Shown here: one piece after another, positions 23,761 to 37,470 of the stretch | Numbering within the stretch: position 1 is the first letter of the stretch | How the letters are laid out: the number at the start of each line of letters is the position of its first letter | From: Scyliorhinus canicula | Taxonomy: Eukaryota | Assembly (NCBI RefSeq): GCF_902713615.1 | Contig: NW_024055744.1 | Coordinates: 408,593 to 472,592, forward strand | Length of the DNA: 64,000 nt | Direction: 5' to 3' | The notes under the pieces: model-generated | Seen by the model: only the letters and a program-made list of their open reading frames with translations | The model's database searches: none | What the model was told of the DNA's origin: nothing | Program-made: the position numbers and the translations under genes

Positions 23761-24316
23761 GACACCAAGATGCCATTAAATCATTTTAAACATATCTCTC
23801 AGCTTACATTCACCTAACCCCCGCCTCTGTTTACATTACACTCGCCATGTCTCTATCACATTGCAACAGGTCCTGTCTCAGTTTTCCTGCACTCGGCTGA
23901 ATATCAGTTGTTAATATACAGGCCCACGCCCTGTTTATATTACAAATCATTAATAATAACTGCACTGAATCATGTCTCGGTTAGTCTGGCACGAAACACA
24001 TCACAATGGTTACTTCATCAGAACGTTTATCTGTGCATCGTAACTGGAACAGCATTCTGTTTGCATCACGTGGTTCGGTCTCTGCTATTACTCGACAAGA
24101 TAGTTAGATTCTAATAAACTCAATCCTGCTTTAGTTAATTCTACACCTGTCCATATCCATGTTTATATAACACTAGTCCCTGCCCCTGTTATTCTTGTGT
24201 TGTAAGATATCCCTCTTATTGCTGCATTGATCATATCTCAATTTGTTTCAATCGACACTCCGCTAGACCAGAACTCAGCTTATATTGCACTAGACCCAGT
24301 CTCTGATTATGTTATC

Positions 24317-24612
24317 GGCGGCACGGTGGCACAGTGGTTAGCACTTCTGCCTCATAGCTCCAGGGTTCAATTCTTGACGATCCGTGTGGAGTTTGCACTT
24401 CTCCCTGTGTCTGAGTAGCTTTCCTCCGGATGCTCCTGTTCCTCCCATAATCCAAAAATATGTAGGTTAGGTTTATTGGCCATTCTAAATTGCCCCTTAG
24501 TGTCCAGGGATGCGCAGGTCATGGTGCAAGGGCAGGGGATTGGGGAAGGTGTTCTTTCAGAGGTCGGGGCAGATGCTATGGGCCGAGTGGCCTTCTGCCC
24601 TGTAGGGATTCT
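24317..24612 (+). mobile_element. HE1-like / V-SINE
   Basis: tRNA-like head GGCACGGTGGCACAGTGGTTAGC and central TTTCCTCCGGxTGCTCCxGTTCCTCCCA domain. Further copies at ~30,210-30,540, 35,060-35,275, 47,390-47,575, 49,712-50,405, 56,573-56,799 and 61,960-62,280. Confidence 0.75.
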
Positions 24613-25849
24613 ATATTTGATCCTGAATCTGCCTATTTTTTTCCGAGACCTGCTCCCTTTTATTAATGCACCAGATGATGCCTCTGTTTTGAATTGTGGG
24701 CGCATTATTCCACATGTCTTTGAGATGGAAAGATAATATAATAAATAGATATTTTGAACAAGAAATCATTTTATTGCAACAGCCTGAAACGGGATGTACA
24801 GACAATACAGTGTGTGCTATGCAACATTTGATGTTCATTTTCAGTGCAGTCAGCGGAATTAGATTTCAGTTGGCATTTCTTCGTTGCCAGTGCCCAAGAC
24901 CAATTCCTACCCAGAGATCTGTATGTGTGGGCGGATGCAGAGTATTGTGTTCCCATGTGCTTGCTGCCCTTGTGATTCTCGGAGGTCTCGGATATGGAAG
25001 GTGCTGTTGAAGAAATCTTGGCGAGTTGCTGCAGTGCATCCCGTCGATGTTACACAATGCAGCTACTGTGTGTCTGTTGTGAAGAGAATGAATGTTGCTG
25101 CAACATTAGCTTCTGTCTCAGTTATTTATCTAATGGTCCTTTGTTTATGTTACACAATTACAACTATTCCATTCCCTTAGTTTATTGCACTAGGCCCAGG
25201 CAATAGAAGTTCAGTTGTACAAGTTGAAGTGGCTGCAAGACGATCAGGGAGATCTGCGCTTGTATGTAGGTGCATCTAGGGTGCTGGCAAGACAGACTAT
25301 GACGTTTATCTGGACATAGATTAGCATTGCTTGCTGAAGAATTTTAGACTATCACTTTCCCATCAGTTTTTTTTTAAATCTTCACAATTTCCACCTCAGC
25401 TACTTTCCAAATTATTGTGCTTGGTCGATCGCAGCAATTACTGAGGCCGGGTCCAATGTAATATGAACAGTGATATGGCCCAAGGCAGAACTGAGGCTGT
25501 ATCTAATGTAATACAAACATAGACAGGTTTAAATGAATAAAAACAGAGTCAGGTTCTAGGTTAATGTAAATAGAGACAAACTGGGTGCATAACTCCATAA
25601 GATATAGGAGCAGAATTAGGCCATTCGACCCATCGAGACTGCTCCGCCATTAAGTCATGGCCAATATGTTCCTAATCTCCATTCTCCTGCCTTCTCCCAA
25701 TAACTCTTGAACGCCTTATTGATCAAGACATGTCCTCTAATTGGTGGCCGAGTTTAATATGAACAAAGAAAAATACGTCCTTATTTAATGTAAACTGACA
25801 CAGCTACAAGGTAGTATAATATAAACAGGACGGGCTCATGGCTTGGTTC

Positions 25850-26500
25850 AATACAGAGGCAGCGACGACTGTCCCTTCAAACACCCGCAGGAAAGGTACA
25901 TCACAGATTGGTGACAAAGAGAAACTCCCTTACACTGTCCCCATCAAACATTCTCAGAGCAACTGCAGATTGTTTAGATATATAATTAAATCCCCTCTAC
26001 TGGGCTGGTTTAGCTCACAAGGCTAAATCGCTGGCTTATAAAGCGGACCCAGCAGCACGGTTCCCGTACCAGCTTCGCCGGGATGTGGCGACTAGGGGCT
26101 TTTCACAGTAACTTCATTGAAGCCTGCTCGTGACAATAAGCGATTTTCATTTTCATAACTCGCTCAAACATATTAACTGCCTGGAAACCAAGAGTTCGAT
26201 CCCACGCAAAACCTCTTCTGCACTCTTCCTTCAGAGATCCCCAAGACAGGTTGACAGTGGGGTTAGTTACTGGGTAAAGAAACCTCTGCATTTCCCTATC
26301 AAACTCACCCAGGTCAGGTACGGCACAGTTCAGACACGGAGTAAATCTCTATATGGACAGTCATATGAAACTCACCCAGGTCAGGTACAGCACAGTTCAG
26401 GTACGGAGTAAATCTCCCTATGCACAGTCATATCAAACACTCACAGGGCAGGTTCAGTGAAGGTTACATGCAAGTAAAGCTTGCTCGACACTGTTCAGTC
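25850..26500. repeat. Degenerate 67-bp minisatellite (…CAAACTCACCCAGGTCAGGTACAGCACAGTTCAG…GAGTAAA…) with a SINE inserted
   Basis: Unit starts at 26,298, 26,365 and 26,432 (period 67). More decayed relatives at ~40,440-40,830. Confidence 0.75.
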
Positions 26501-26537
26501 AAATGCTCCAAGGTCTCGGCAGCTGGATTAAGTGCAA

Positions 26538-29500
26538 GGAAAGATTCTTCGGCCCTGCCACATCAAATCCTCAACCACCATGTGCAGCCCAGATCAGATA
26601 TAGAGGAAAATTGTCTCTCCAGTTCTCATTAAATACTCCAAAGTAATTTCGATCCATTTAGTTGGAAGCCAACGGGCTGAGTTCGGGCTGAGAGGGCTGG
26701 TTTAGCTCAGTGGCCAAGACAGCTGGTTTGCAGAACAAGACCAGCGGCGCGGGTTCGCTTACCGGAATGGGCGCCGGAATGTGGCGACTCGGGGCATTTC
26801 ACTGTAAAATTGTTATTAGTGTTGGCCACATGTCGATTAAAGACAATGACCCTTCGTGGAGAGGCATGAGATCAAACCAGTTATGAGAGACACAGAGAGA
26901 GATAGGATACAGGAAAATTCTACTAACACACTTGGCATGCCCTTATATTTAGAGATTAGAGGGAATATTTCCTATTATGAACATGGATATCATCATGACA
27001 TTTTTCTCATATAACTGATGAATAAAAAATGTCGAAAAACAAACACTACTGGAATTCGTTGATCTATTTCCATCTTTGGCTCTATTTCTGTGCTGTGTTG
27101 GTGGGGAAACATTTGTTTTGCTTTTCTCAGTCCGCAATCTAATCTGGAACTTCTATTTCTGTGTTTATTTACATAAACACCTCACTGGTCACAATGTCAG
27201 CAAAAGGAGACAAACACAATCACTCATTGATTAGTTTCAACTCATAATAGCGGGTTATTTTAAGAATATTGACAGTTGGTTAAATGAATAGAAACTTCCA
27301 TTAGAACAGATGTTACTTAATTGAAATAAAAAATACTTTAAATAAAGTATTCATTCTGAAAGTTCTGATGCCTCAATTAATAAATCATCTTTAACCAGCT
27401 ACTTTTCCACTGAATGTTAATTTGATTGAAATATTAACCGATTTAAAGTAGATAACTTGAAACATCAGGCAGATGATTGATCTGTCGTCACATCAATCTC
27501 AGATCTTTCGACATATTACAACTTGCATTTAAAAATGTTAACATTTGGAAAGAGCTCGATTTTGTAAAACACTTTACCCGACCTCAGGTCATCCCAACGC
27601 CCTTAAAACGCACTGATATATTTTTGCTGAATTTAGTCACTGCCCCAATGTTGGAAACAGAGCAGGGAATTTGTGCACAGCAAGCTCCCACAAATGGAGA
27701 TGTGATAAGTGACCAGCTAATCGATTTTAGATGCAGAACAGGCATTGGTCCAAGATACTGGGAAAAGCAGCTCTGCTCTTCAGAATTATATCAATGAGGT
27801 ATTCCACCTGAAATGTGAATCTGTTCCTCTCTCTGCTGATGCTCATTGACCTGCTGAGCAGCCTTTTTTGTTGTTTATGTTGTAGATTTCCAGGATCTGC
27901 AGCACTTTGCACAGTTTTGGATTGATTCTCGCCATACAGCCATCATTGACAAAGTCAGCATTAACTGTCCATCCTGAGAAGCCGAATGTGAACCACCTTT
28001 TTGATGAGATGCACTTCGAGTGATTTTATTATCATTTGACTTTCTGTAGCAGCTTCCCTTCAACTGCCTTGCTTGCTTGGCAATATCAAAGATAGTTAAT
28101 AGGCAATCACATCATCGTTGAACTAGAGTCACATATAGGCAAGACAGAGTAAGGAAGGGAGCTTTCTTCTCCTGAAGGACGCTGGTGAACCTGCTGGGCT
28201 TTCTGAAATTTCGATAGCTTCATAAGTATTATAAATGACGCGCCAATTTTTGGCTGATTGATTAAGTCATTCAATTGAAAGTCTACAGCTGCCATAAAAC
28301 CATAAGATTTGGAGCAGAACTTGGCCATTCGGCCCATGGAATATGATCTGCCATTCAATGAAATCGTGGCAAATCTGGTAAAAATCCTAGACTCCACATT
28401 TCCACTTTATTCCCATAACCCTTGATTCCCTTACTGATGAAAAATCTGTTTGTCTCAGCCTTGAACATATCCATTGACCAGGCGAACTCTCTACGGCAAA
28501 TAATTCTATAGAAGCACTACGCTCTGAGAGAAGAAATTCCTCTTCATCCTCGTCTGAAATGAGTGGCACATTACTCTGAGATTGTGCCCTATGGTGCTAG
28601 ACTCTCCCAAAAGCGGAAACAACCTCTGGCATCAACATTGTCAAGCCCCCTGAGAATACTATGTATTTCAGTAACCTCGCCTCTCATACTTCTAAACTCC
28701 AATTCGTGTAGGCCTAACCGACTTAAGCTCTCCCCATTTCAGTTTCTGTGGTCTTACAACACCAGGCTAAACTCCCTCCTCAGGTGGGAGCGAAAGCTAG
28801 TGATTTGAAACAAACCTGTTGGACTTTAACTTGGTGTTGTCAGACTTCTTACTGTGCTCACCCCAGTCAAACGCCAGCATCTCCACATCATGGCCACAGT
28901 CTCCATGGTGAAATTGGTCAGCGTGTTTGGCTGTTTACCGCAAGGTCTGTGATTCAAGGCCGGATTCTTCTTTATTTGCTGACAGGTAGAGTAACGATGG
29001 GTCGAAAGATCTCTTCCTGTGCTGTGAAATGCTACCTACCTTTGAAAATCCCTCCATACACGAGATTAACAAAAACAACCTGTTCTGGACTGCCTCCAAA
29101 TATCTATCCTTATATAAGGAGATCAAAACTGTTCACAACATTACAATATGCCCTGGTGGAATTTGTACTCCTGTGTCTGGAGTATTAGTTCAGGCCTCCA
29201 GATTACCCATTTTGTAATAATATTGCGAGACTGTCCAGAAGACTGTAATATCATCACATCTAAAAGATGGAACAATTGAACATTAAACACTCCTTCTGCA
29301 TTGGATCACAGGTCTGGATCATATGCTTAGGTATCTGTTGTGGGAGGTGATAGTGATTCCACCGAGACAAGAGTGTTAACCTATCATGGTTTGTATTTTG
29401 ATATTCTGAATATTGCTCAGTGATTCTAAAGTTCAAACTATGGGTCCAGTCTTAAATAGGTCAATTTAATTTTCAGAGGCTGGTCTTTTACTAGCCTTGG

Positions 29501-31482
29501 GTCTTATTCTGGCATGATGGCAATCGTTATAGGGAATTCCACTGGCTCCATATAAAATATCAGTTACTCCAAATATACACACCAGTCTCTGTTTATATTA
29601 CACCGGACCATATTCCTGTTGCCTGTCACGATATTCTAAATGATTGTATATATTTGCTTATTTATACGAGTACAATCATTGTTGATTTAGAGATTATATT
29701 AATTCTTGTTCATACCTATAAGTAGTTCTATGAAATGTGTATTTGCTCTGCTATCATGTGGGTAATATTGAGTTTAATATTTTACCACCGTCCCAGTAAT
29801 GAACTGAGCTTGAGGGACAGGTCTACATGTGAACATCGCTGCACTGCAATTTCCAAAAGTTAATGGAAATCTATGTTTTGTTCAAAATGATGAATTTACT
29901 CCTGTATTACACTCTATCCATTAGAAAGTTGTTTTCATGGTGAGGATTCTTTTCCTGCCTCGTTTTATATTCACCAAACGCCTAATATACTGGCGGTGTT
30001 AGACAGATCAGTGCTCCAACAGAATCACCAGAATGGCACCCACGGATAAATGTCCACCCAATCATAGAACTCCCATCTGGTTAAGAGGATCAAGTGAATT
30101 CACTTCAAAAAGGGATTGGTCGTTCGCGTAGGTGTACATATAAAATATTGTTCGTGGGTTTTGCAACTGTAATTTATCAAGACCTTAAGTTATATTCAGA
30201 ATTAATTGTTTCATAGAATTTACAGTGCAGAAGGAGGCCATTCGGCCCATCGAGTCTGCACCGGCTCTTGGAAAGAGCACCCCACCCAAGGTCAACACCT
30301 CCCCCTATCCCAATAACCCAACCCAACACTAAGGGCAATTTTGGACACTAAGGGCAATTTATCATGGCCAATCCACCTAACCTGCACATCTTTGGACTGT
30401 GGGATGAAACCTGAGCACCCGGATGAAACCCATGCACACACGGGGAGGATGTGCAGACTCCGCACAAACAGTGATCCAAACCAGAATCGAACCTGGGACC
30501 CTGGAGTTGTGAAGCTATTGTGCTATCCACAACGCTACCATCACTTTGCAATGTCTTCATGCGTCTCGGCCGTAAGCTCTAGTATTCCCTACTCCTATTT
30601 ACCTCAATTCGCTTAATAAAATCATCCCAAATAACCTGCCTCGTCGACCAAGTGTTTAATCATCTGACCTCTTAAGTCTTCACACATATATTAATCCAGA
30701 CCCTGCAGCAGAAATGACTGTAATAGACCATGCCTCAGTTTATAATATTCCAGACCCTGAATCAATAATCACTGCCCTATATCCTATATCATTTAAGGGC
30801 AATCAACCTTTGTATCAGTAATTTCTGCACTAGAACCTGTCTCGGTTTATGCTAGTTGAGACCTTGCATCAGTAATCACTGCACTAGATCCAATCTCAGT
30901 AGCACTGTTGCTTCACAGCGCCAGAGTCCCAGTCAGTGCGGAGTCGGCACGTTCTCACCGTGCCTGCGTAGGTTTCCATTGGGTGCTCCGGTTTCCTCCC
31001 ACAAGCCCCGAAAGATGTGCAGTTCTGTAATTTGGACATTCTAAATTCTCCGTCTCTGAACCCAAACAGGCGGCGGAATGTGGCGACTGGGATCTTTTCA
31101 CAGTGACTTCATTGCAGTGCTAATGTCAGCTTACTTATGACAAAAATATGATTAGATTAGTTTAGGTTAATCTCCACCCCATATGAGTAATAATCGTTTT
31201 GGACCTTGGCATGGCGTCATGGAGAGTTAGAGGTTTATAATACAGAAATATGCCCTTCACCCACCATATCTGCGATGGCAATCAAGGACCTGTCTATTGT
31301 AAGGTAGGCCATAGATGGTGTTCCTACCATAAAACTATAAGACACAGAAGCAGAATTCGACGATTAGGCCAATCGAGTGTGTCCACATTCAATCACGACT
31401 GTTATGTTTCTAAAAGCCTATCATATCCTGCCTTCTCGCCGTAACCCCTGATCCCCTTATTAATCAAGAAACTATCTAACTC
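26538..31482 (+). repeat. Tandem segmental duplication, copy A (~4.9 kb)
   Basis: Colinear with 31,504-37,470 at many anchors, e.g. 26,538/31,504, 27,050/31,973, 27,590/32,505, 29,460/35,010, 30,660/36,900. Confidence 0.85.
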
Positions 31483-31503
31483 TGTTAGCCTGGTTAGAAA
31501 GAG

Positions 31504-34500
31504 GGAAAGATCCTTCGGCACTGCCGCATCAAATCCTCACCACCCTGTTCAGCTCAGGTTAGACACCGGGTAAATGTTTCTCCACAGTTCTCATTAAACA
31601 CTACAAGGTAATTGAATGCCCCAACCACATTTTAGAGTTAAACTCCCTCTATGTATTCCAATTCATTGGATTCGATCCATTTAGTTGGAAGCCAATGGGG
31701 TGAGATTGGGCTGAGAGATTATATTCGGCACATGTTGACTTCATGTTGCCGATTGAAGGCAAGGACCCATTGTGGAGAGACATGAGACAGAACCAGTTAG
31801 GAAAAAGGGACAGATATCAGATACAGGAGAACTAGAAAACTCTATGAACACATTTCGCATGTCATTATATTTCGAGATCAGAGGGACACTTTCCTAATTC
31901 TGAACATGGATATCATGATGACATTTGTCTCATATAACTGATGAAGAAACAAATGTCAAAAACAATCATTACTGGAATCCGTTGATCTATTTGCGTCTTT
32001 GCCTCTATTTCTGTGCTGTGTCGGTGGGGAAATAGTTGTTGTGTTTTTGTCAGTGTATAATTTAATCTGGGACTTCTATTTCTGTGTTTATTTACATAAA
32101 CACCTCACTGGTTACAATGAAGTGTTCGTATCAACAAAACAGTCATTTATTGATTAGGTTCAACTCAAAATAGCGGTTTATTTTAAGAATGTTGACAGTT
32201 GGTTGAAACGTACAGAAACATCCATTAGAACAGATGTTATGTAATTAAAATAAAAAATAAATTTAAATTAAATATTAATTCTGGAAGTTCTGATGCCTCA
32301 ATTAATAAATAATCTTTAACCAGGCTATTATTCCTCTGAATATTAATTTAATTGAAACATTAACCGATTTAAAGGAGATATATTAAAACATCAGGCAGAG
32401 GAGTGACCCATAGTCACATTAATCTCAGATCTTTCAACATATTACAACCTGCATTTTAAAATGTAAACGTTTGGAAAGAGCTTACTTTTGTAAAACGCTT
32501 TACCCGACCTCAGGTCACCCCAACGCTCTGAAAACTCACTGATATATTTTTACTGAATTTAGTCACTGCTGTAATGTTGGAAACGGAGCAGGGAATTTGT
32601 GCACAGCAAGCTCCCACAAACTGAGATGTAATAAGTGACCAGCTAATCTGTGATTTATGTTCAAGAACGGACATTGGTCGAGGATACTGGGAAAAGCATC
32701 TCTGCTCTTTAGCATTATGTCATTGAGGTAATCCACCTGAAATGTGAATCTCTTTCTCTCTCTCTGCTGATGTTCATTGACCTGCTGAGCAGCCTCTTTT
32801 TGTTTTTGTTTTAGATTTCCGGAATCTACAGCACTTTGCACAGTTTTTAACATTTATTCTTGGAATATGACCCTCACTGACAAAGTCAGCATTAACTGTC
32901 CATCCTGAGAAGCCGGATGTGAACCACCATTTTGATAAGGTGCAGTTCGGACGGTTGAATTCACATCTGACTTTCTGTGGCAGCAGACCTTGAACTGATT
33001 GGCCTGCTCGGCAATATCAGAGATAGTTAAGCGTCAACGTCATCACTGCTGAACTAGTCACATATGGACTAGGCAGGGGAAGGAGGGACGATTTATTCTC
33101 CTGAAGGACATTGGTGAACCTGCTCGGCTTTGAGAAATTTCGCTCGCTTCATGAGTATTATGAATGACGCGACAATTTAATTAATTCAATTGAAAGTCCC
33201 CCAGCTGCCGTAAACCCAGGGGCTGGTTTAGCTCACTGGGTTAAATCGCTGGCTTTTAAAGCAGAGCAAGCAGGCTAGCACCACGTTTCGATGCCCGTAC
33301 CAGCCTCCCCGGCCAGGTGTCGGAGTGTGGCGACTAGGGGCTTTTCACAGTAACTTCATTGACGCCAAATTATGACAATAAGCGATTTTCATTTTCAAAC
33401 CATAAGATGTAGGAGCAGAAGGTGGTCATTCGGCCCATGGAATGTGATCTGCCATTCAATGAGATCGTGGTTGATCTGATAAAATCCTCAACTCCACAAG
33501 AGTTGAGAACAAGAGTCGGCAGGTCATGTTACAGTTGTATAGGACTTTGGTTGGGCCACATTTGGAATACTGCGTGCAGTTCTGGTCGCCACATTACCAG
33601 AAGGATGTGGATGCTTTAGAGAGGGTGCAGAGGAGGTTCACCAGGATGTTGCCTGGTATGGAGGGTGCTAGCTATGAAGAAAGGTTGAGTAGATTAGGAG
33701 TGTTTTCATTGGAAAGACGGAGGTTGAAGGGGGACCTGATTGAGGTCTACAATATTATGAGAGGTATGGAGAGGGTGGATAGCAACAAGCTTTTTCCAAG
33801 ATTGGGGGTGTCAATTACAAGGGGTCACGATTTCAAGGTGAGAGGGGGAAAGTTTAAGGGAGATGTGCATGGAAAGTTTTTTACGCAGAGGGTGGTAGGT
33901 GCCTGGAAAGCTTTGCCAGTGGAGGTGGTAGAGGCGGGCACGATAGCATCATTTAAGATGCATCTAGACAGATATATGAAGGGGCGGGGAACAGAGGGAA
34001 GTAGACCTTGGAAAATAGGAGATAGGTTTAGATAAAGGATCTGAATCGGCACAGGCTGGGAGGGCCGAAGGGCCTGTTCCTGTGCTGTAATTTCTTTGTT
34101 CTTTGTTCTTTGTTCACCTTTCTGCCTTATCCCCATAGCCCTGGATTCCCTTACTAATGAAAAATCTGTCTGTCCCAGTCTTGGACATATTTATTAACCC
34201 GGCCTCTCCAATTCTCTGCACCAGAGAATCCACTCCCCAGTGAGAGACGAAATCCCGCTCCATCCTCATCTGAAATGAGCGACACCTTACTCTGAGATGG
34301 TGCCCTACGGCCCCAGACTCTCCCACAAGCAGAAACATCCTCGAGCATCCACACTGTCAAGCTCCTTGAAAATACTACATATCTCAATAAGTTCGCCTCT
34401 CATTCTTCTAAATTCCAAGCGTGTAGGTCTTCCCTACGTAAACTCTCCTCATATCAGTCTCTGTGGTGCAATTGGTCAACGTTTTTCGCTGCAAACAGAT

Positions 34501-37470
34501 AGGTCTGTGTTTCAAGACTATCCAGGGCCGGATTCTTCTCTATTTGATGACAGGCACAGTAAAGATGGGCCGGAGGAAATCTTTATGTGCTGTGAAATTC
34601 CAGCTACCGATGAAAATCCATCCACACCCGAGATTAACCTAATGAACCTTCTCTGGACTGCCTCCAAAATATCTATCCTGAGGTAAGGAGACCAAAACTG
34701 CTCACATCATTGCAATATGCCCTGGTTGAATTTGTACTCGAGTCTCTGAAGTAATAGTTCAGGCCTCCAGATTACCAGTAATAATATTTCGAAACACTCC
34801 TCAGATTGTAATATCATCACATCCAAAAGATAGAGTAAGTGAACATAAAATACTCCTGCATTGGCTCACAGGTCTGGATCTGTTGTGAGAGGTGATATTG
34901 ATTCCACTGAGACAACACTGTTAATCTATCATGGTTTTCATTTTGACATTATATTCTCAAATATTGCTCAGTGTATCTAAATTTCTAATTCTGGGTCCCG
35001 CCTTACATGGGTCAATTTAAAATTCAGAGGCTAGTCTTTTATTAGTCTTGTGTTTTATTCTAGTTATAAATTTAGAGTACACAATTATTTTTTCCAAATC
35101 AAGGGGCAATTGTGCGCAGCCAATCCACCTACTCTGCACATTTTTGGGTTATGGGGGTGAAGCCCATGCAGAGACGGGGAGAATGTGCAAACTCCAGGCG
35201 GACAGGGACCGAGAGCCGGGATCGAACCTGGCAGCAGTGCTAACCACTGTGCCACCGTGCTGCCTAATTCGGACACGATGGTATTGGTGAATGGGAATTC
35301 CACTGGCTCCAGAGAAAATGTCAGTAATTCCAAAAATAGCATCTGAACACAAGCAAAACATAAACATATATAGAACTGGGTCTTCCCACTGCATGAGCTG
35401 CACGGTCAGAGCGGTTGGGAGCTGGGATTCTTTTCCTTAGAACCGAGCAGTTTTTGGAAGGCGTGGTAAAAATGTTCAAAATTATGAAGGGTTTTGTTTG
35501 GTTAATTAGGAAGAAAAGTCATTCACTGGCAGGAGGGTCAGAAATCAGAAGACACTAATTTATGAAATATTAATTTCCCCCTCTGATTCTAAACCTATCA
35601 AATTGTAACAGGACGAGACAGGGCGGATGCAGAAAGGATGTGTCCGATGGCGGGGAAGGTAGAACCAGGGGTCACAGTCTCAGGATACGGGGCAAACCAT
35701 TTAAAACTGAGATGAGGAGTAATATCTTCACCCTGAGATTTGTGAATCTGTGGAATTCTATACCACATAACGAACTTGACTCCAAAGTATTGTACGTTTC
35801 CAAGGAGGAGTTAGATAAAGTTCTTGGGGATCAAAACTCTGAAGGGACCAAATCACATGGGGGAAAAGTGGGAACAGGTTACTGAAGTGGATGATCAGCC
35901 ATGATCAGAATGAATAGCAGAGCAGGCGAAGGGCAGAATGGTCTGCTCCTGCTCTATTTTCTATGTCACTGCATTACATCAAATCTGTTTCTTCGCATGT
36001 TAAATGAGACCCTGTCTTTATTTCTTTTAAAGTAACCCCTGTCACTGTCTATACTACACTGTACTGTTTGTGCTACACTCAATTAATAATACTCGAGAGC
36101 ATGCATGGGATTATATTACATTAAGTTCCGCCTCTATTATATACCACAGGAATTTGTATCTTTACATCACACTCGGGCCTGTGTCTGTTGATATTACACC
36201 AGACCAACATCCTCTCGATATTATAAATGATTGCACATGTTTGCTTGTTTCTCCGAGTACAATCATCGTTGATTTTGAGATTATGTTAATATCTATAAGT
36301 AGTTGTATTAAATGTGTATTTGCTCTGCTATCATGTGGGCAATATTGAGTTGAATAATTTACTAACATCCCAGGAATGAACTGGTCTTGAGAGACAAGTC
36401 TACATGTGAACACCGGTGCACAGCAATTTCCAACATTTAGTGGAAATCTCTGTTTTGTTCAAAATGATTAATTGACTCTTCTGTTATACTCTATCGATTG
36501 GAAAGTTGATTATTTTCCTGCCTCGATTTATATTAACCAATCACCTGCGCACTGGCAGAGTTAGACAGAACCGTGTTCTCACAGTATCGCCACGATGGTA
36601 ATGGTGGGCACCCAAAGGAGAAATGTCCACCCAATCATATAACACTTAGCTGGTTAAGAAGAGCAACTAAACTCGCTGCAAAAGCGTATTGGCTGTTCGT
36701 GCAGGTGTGCATGTGAAACATTTTTCTTAATTTTTGCAACTCCAATCGATTAAGACGTATTGTTATCTTCAGAATTATTTGGTTGATTTTGTGATATCTT
36801 CATATGTCTCTGTCCTCAGCTCTGGTATTCATTCCCTATTCCTTGTTACCTCAATTCCCTTATTAAAATCATCCCATAACCGGCCTCATCAACCACGTTT
36901 TTAATCATCTGGCCTAATAACTCTTTACACGTATATTAATCCAGACCCTGACCTGGAATGACTGCAATAGACCCTGCCTCAGTTTATAATATTCTAGATA
37001 CTGTATGAATAATCACTGCTTTAGATCCTCTCTCATTTAAGTTAATGAAACTTTGTATCAGTAATCGCTGCACTTGAACCTGTCTCGGTTTATGCTAATC
37101 TAGACTCTGTATCAGAAATCACTGCACGGGATCCAATCTCAATTTAGGTTAATCTACACCCTGTTTTAGTGATCATTGCTTTAAAATCTGCCATAGAGTT
37201 ATTGAGTCTGAAAGTTTTATAGTTCTATAGAAAGGTGCCCTTCCACGCATCATCTCTCACCGACGATAATCAAGCACCTATCTATTCTAACATCGTCCAT
37301 AGATGGTCTTCCAACCATAAAATCATAAAACATAGAAGCAGAACCCGGCCTTTCAGTCCATCGAGTCTGCTCCGTATTCAATCATGATTGTTATGTTTCT
37401 ACTCCCCATTCTCCTACCTTCTCCCCATAATAACTGGTCCCCTTATTAATTAATAACCTGTCTATCTCTA
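31504..37470 (+). repeat. Tandem segmental duplication, copy B (~6.0 kb)
   Basis: Head-to-tail with copy A; longer because of copy-specific CR1 and SINE insertions (33.2-34.1, 35.06-35.27, 35.6-35.96 kb). Confidence 0.85.
33500..34090 (+). mobile_element. CR1-clade LINE 3' end, ORF still open
   Basis: ORF 33,526-34,035 LYRTLVGPHLEYCVQFWSPHYQKDVDALERVQRRFTRMLPG...KFFTQRVVGAW, the diagnostic CR1 ORF2 C-terminus. Confidence 0.9.

Noticed and set aside
29470-29560. Hydrophobic stretch after an AG (AGLLLALGLILA), mirrored in the duplicate at ~35,030, as a TM or leader exon
   Set aside because: It ends in a stop in copy A, is disrupted by a SINE in copy B, and has no associated Ig-domain exon.
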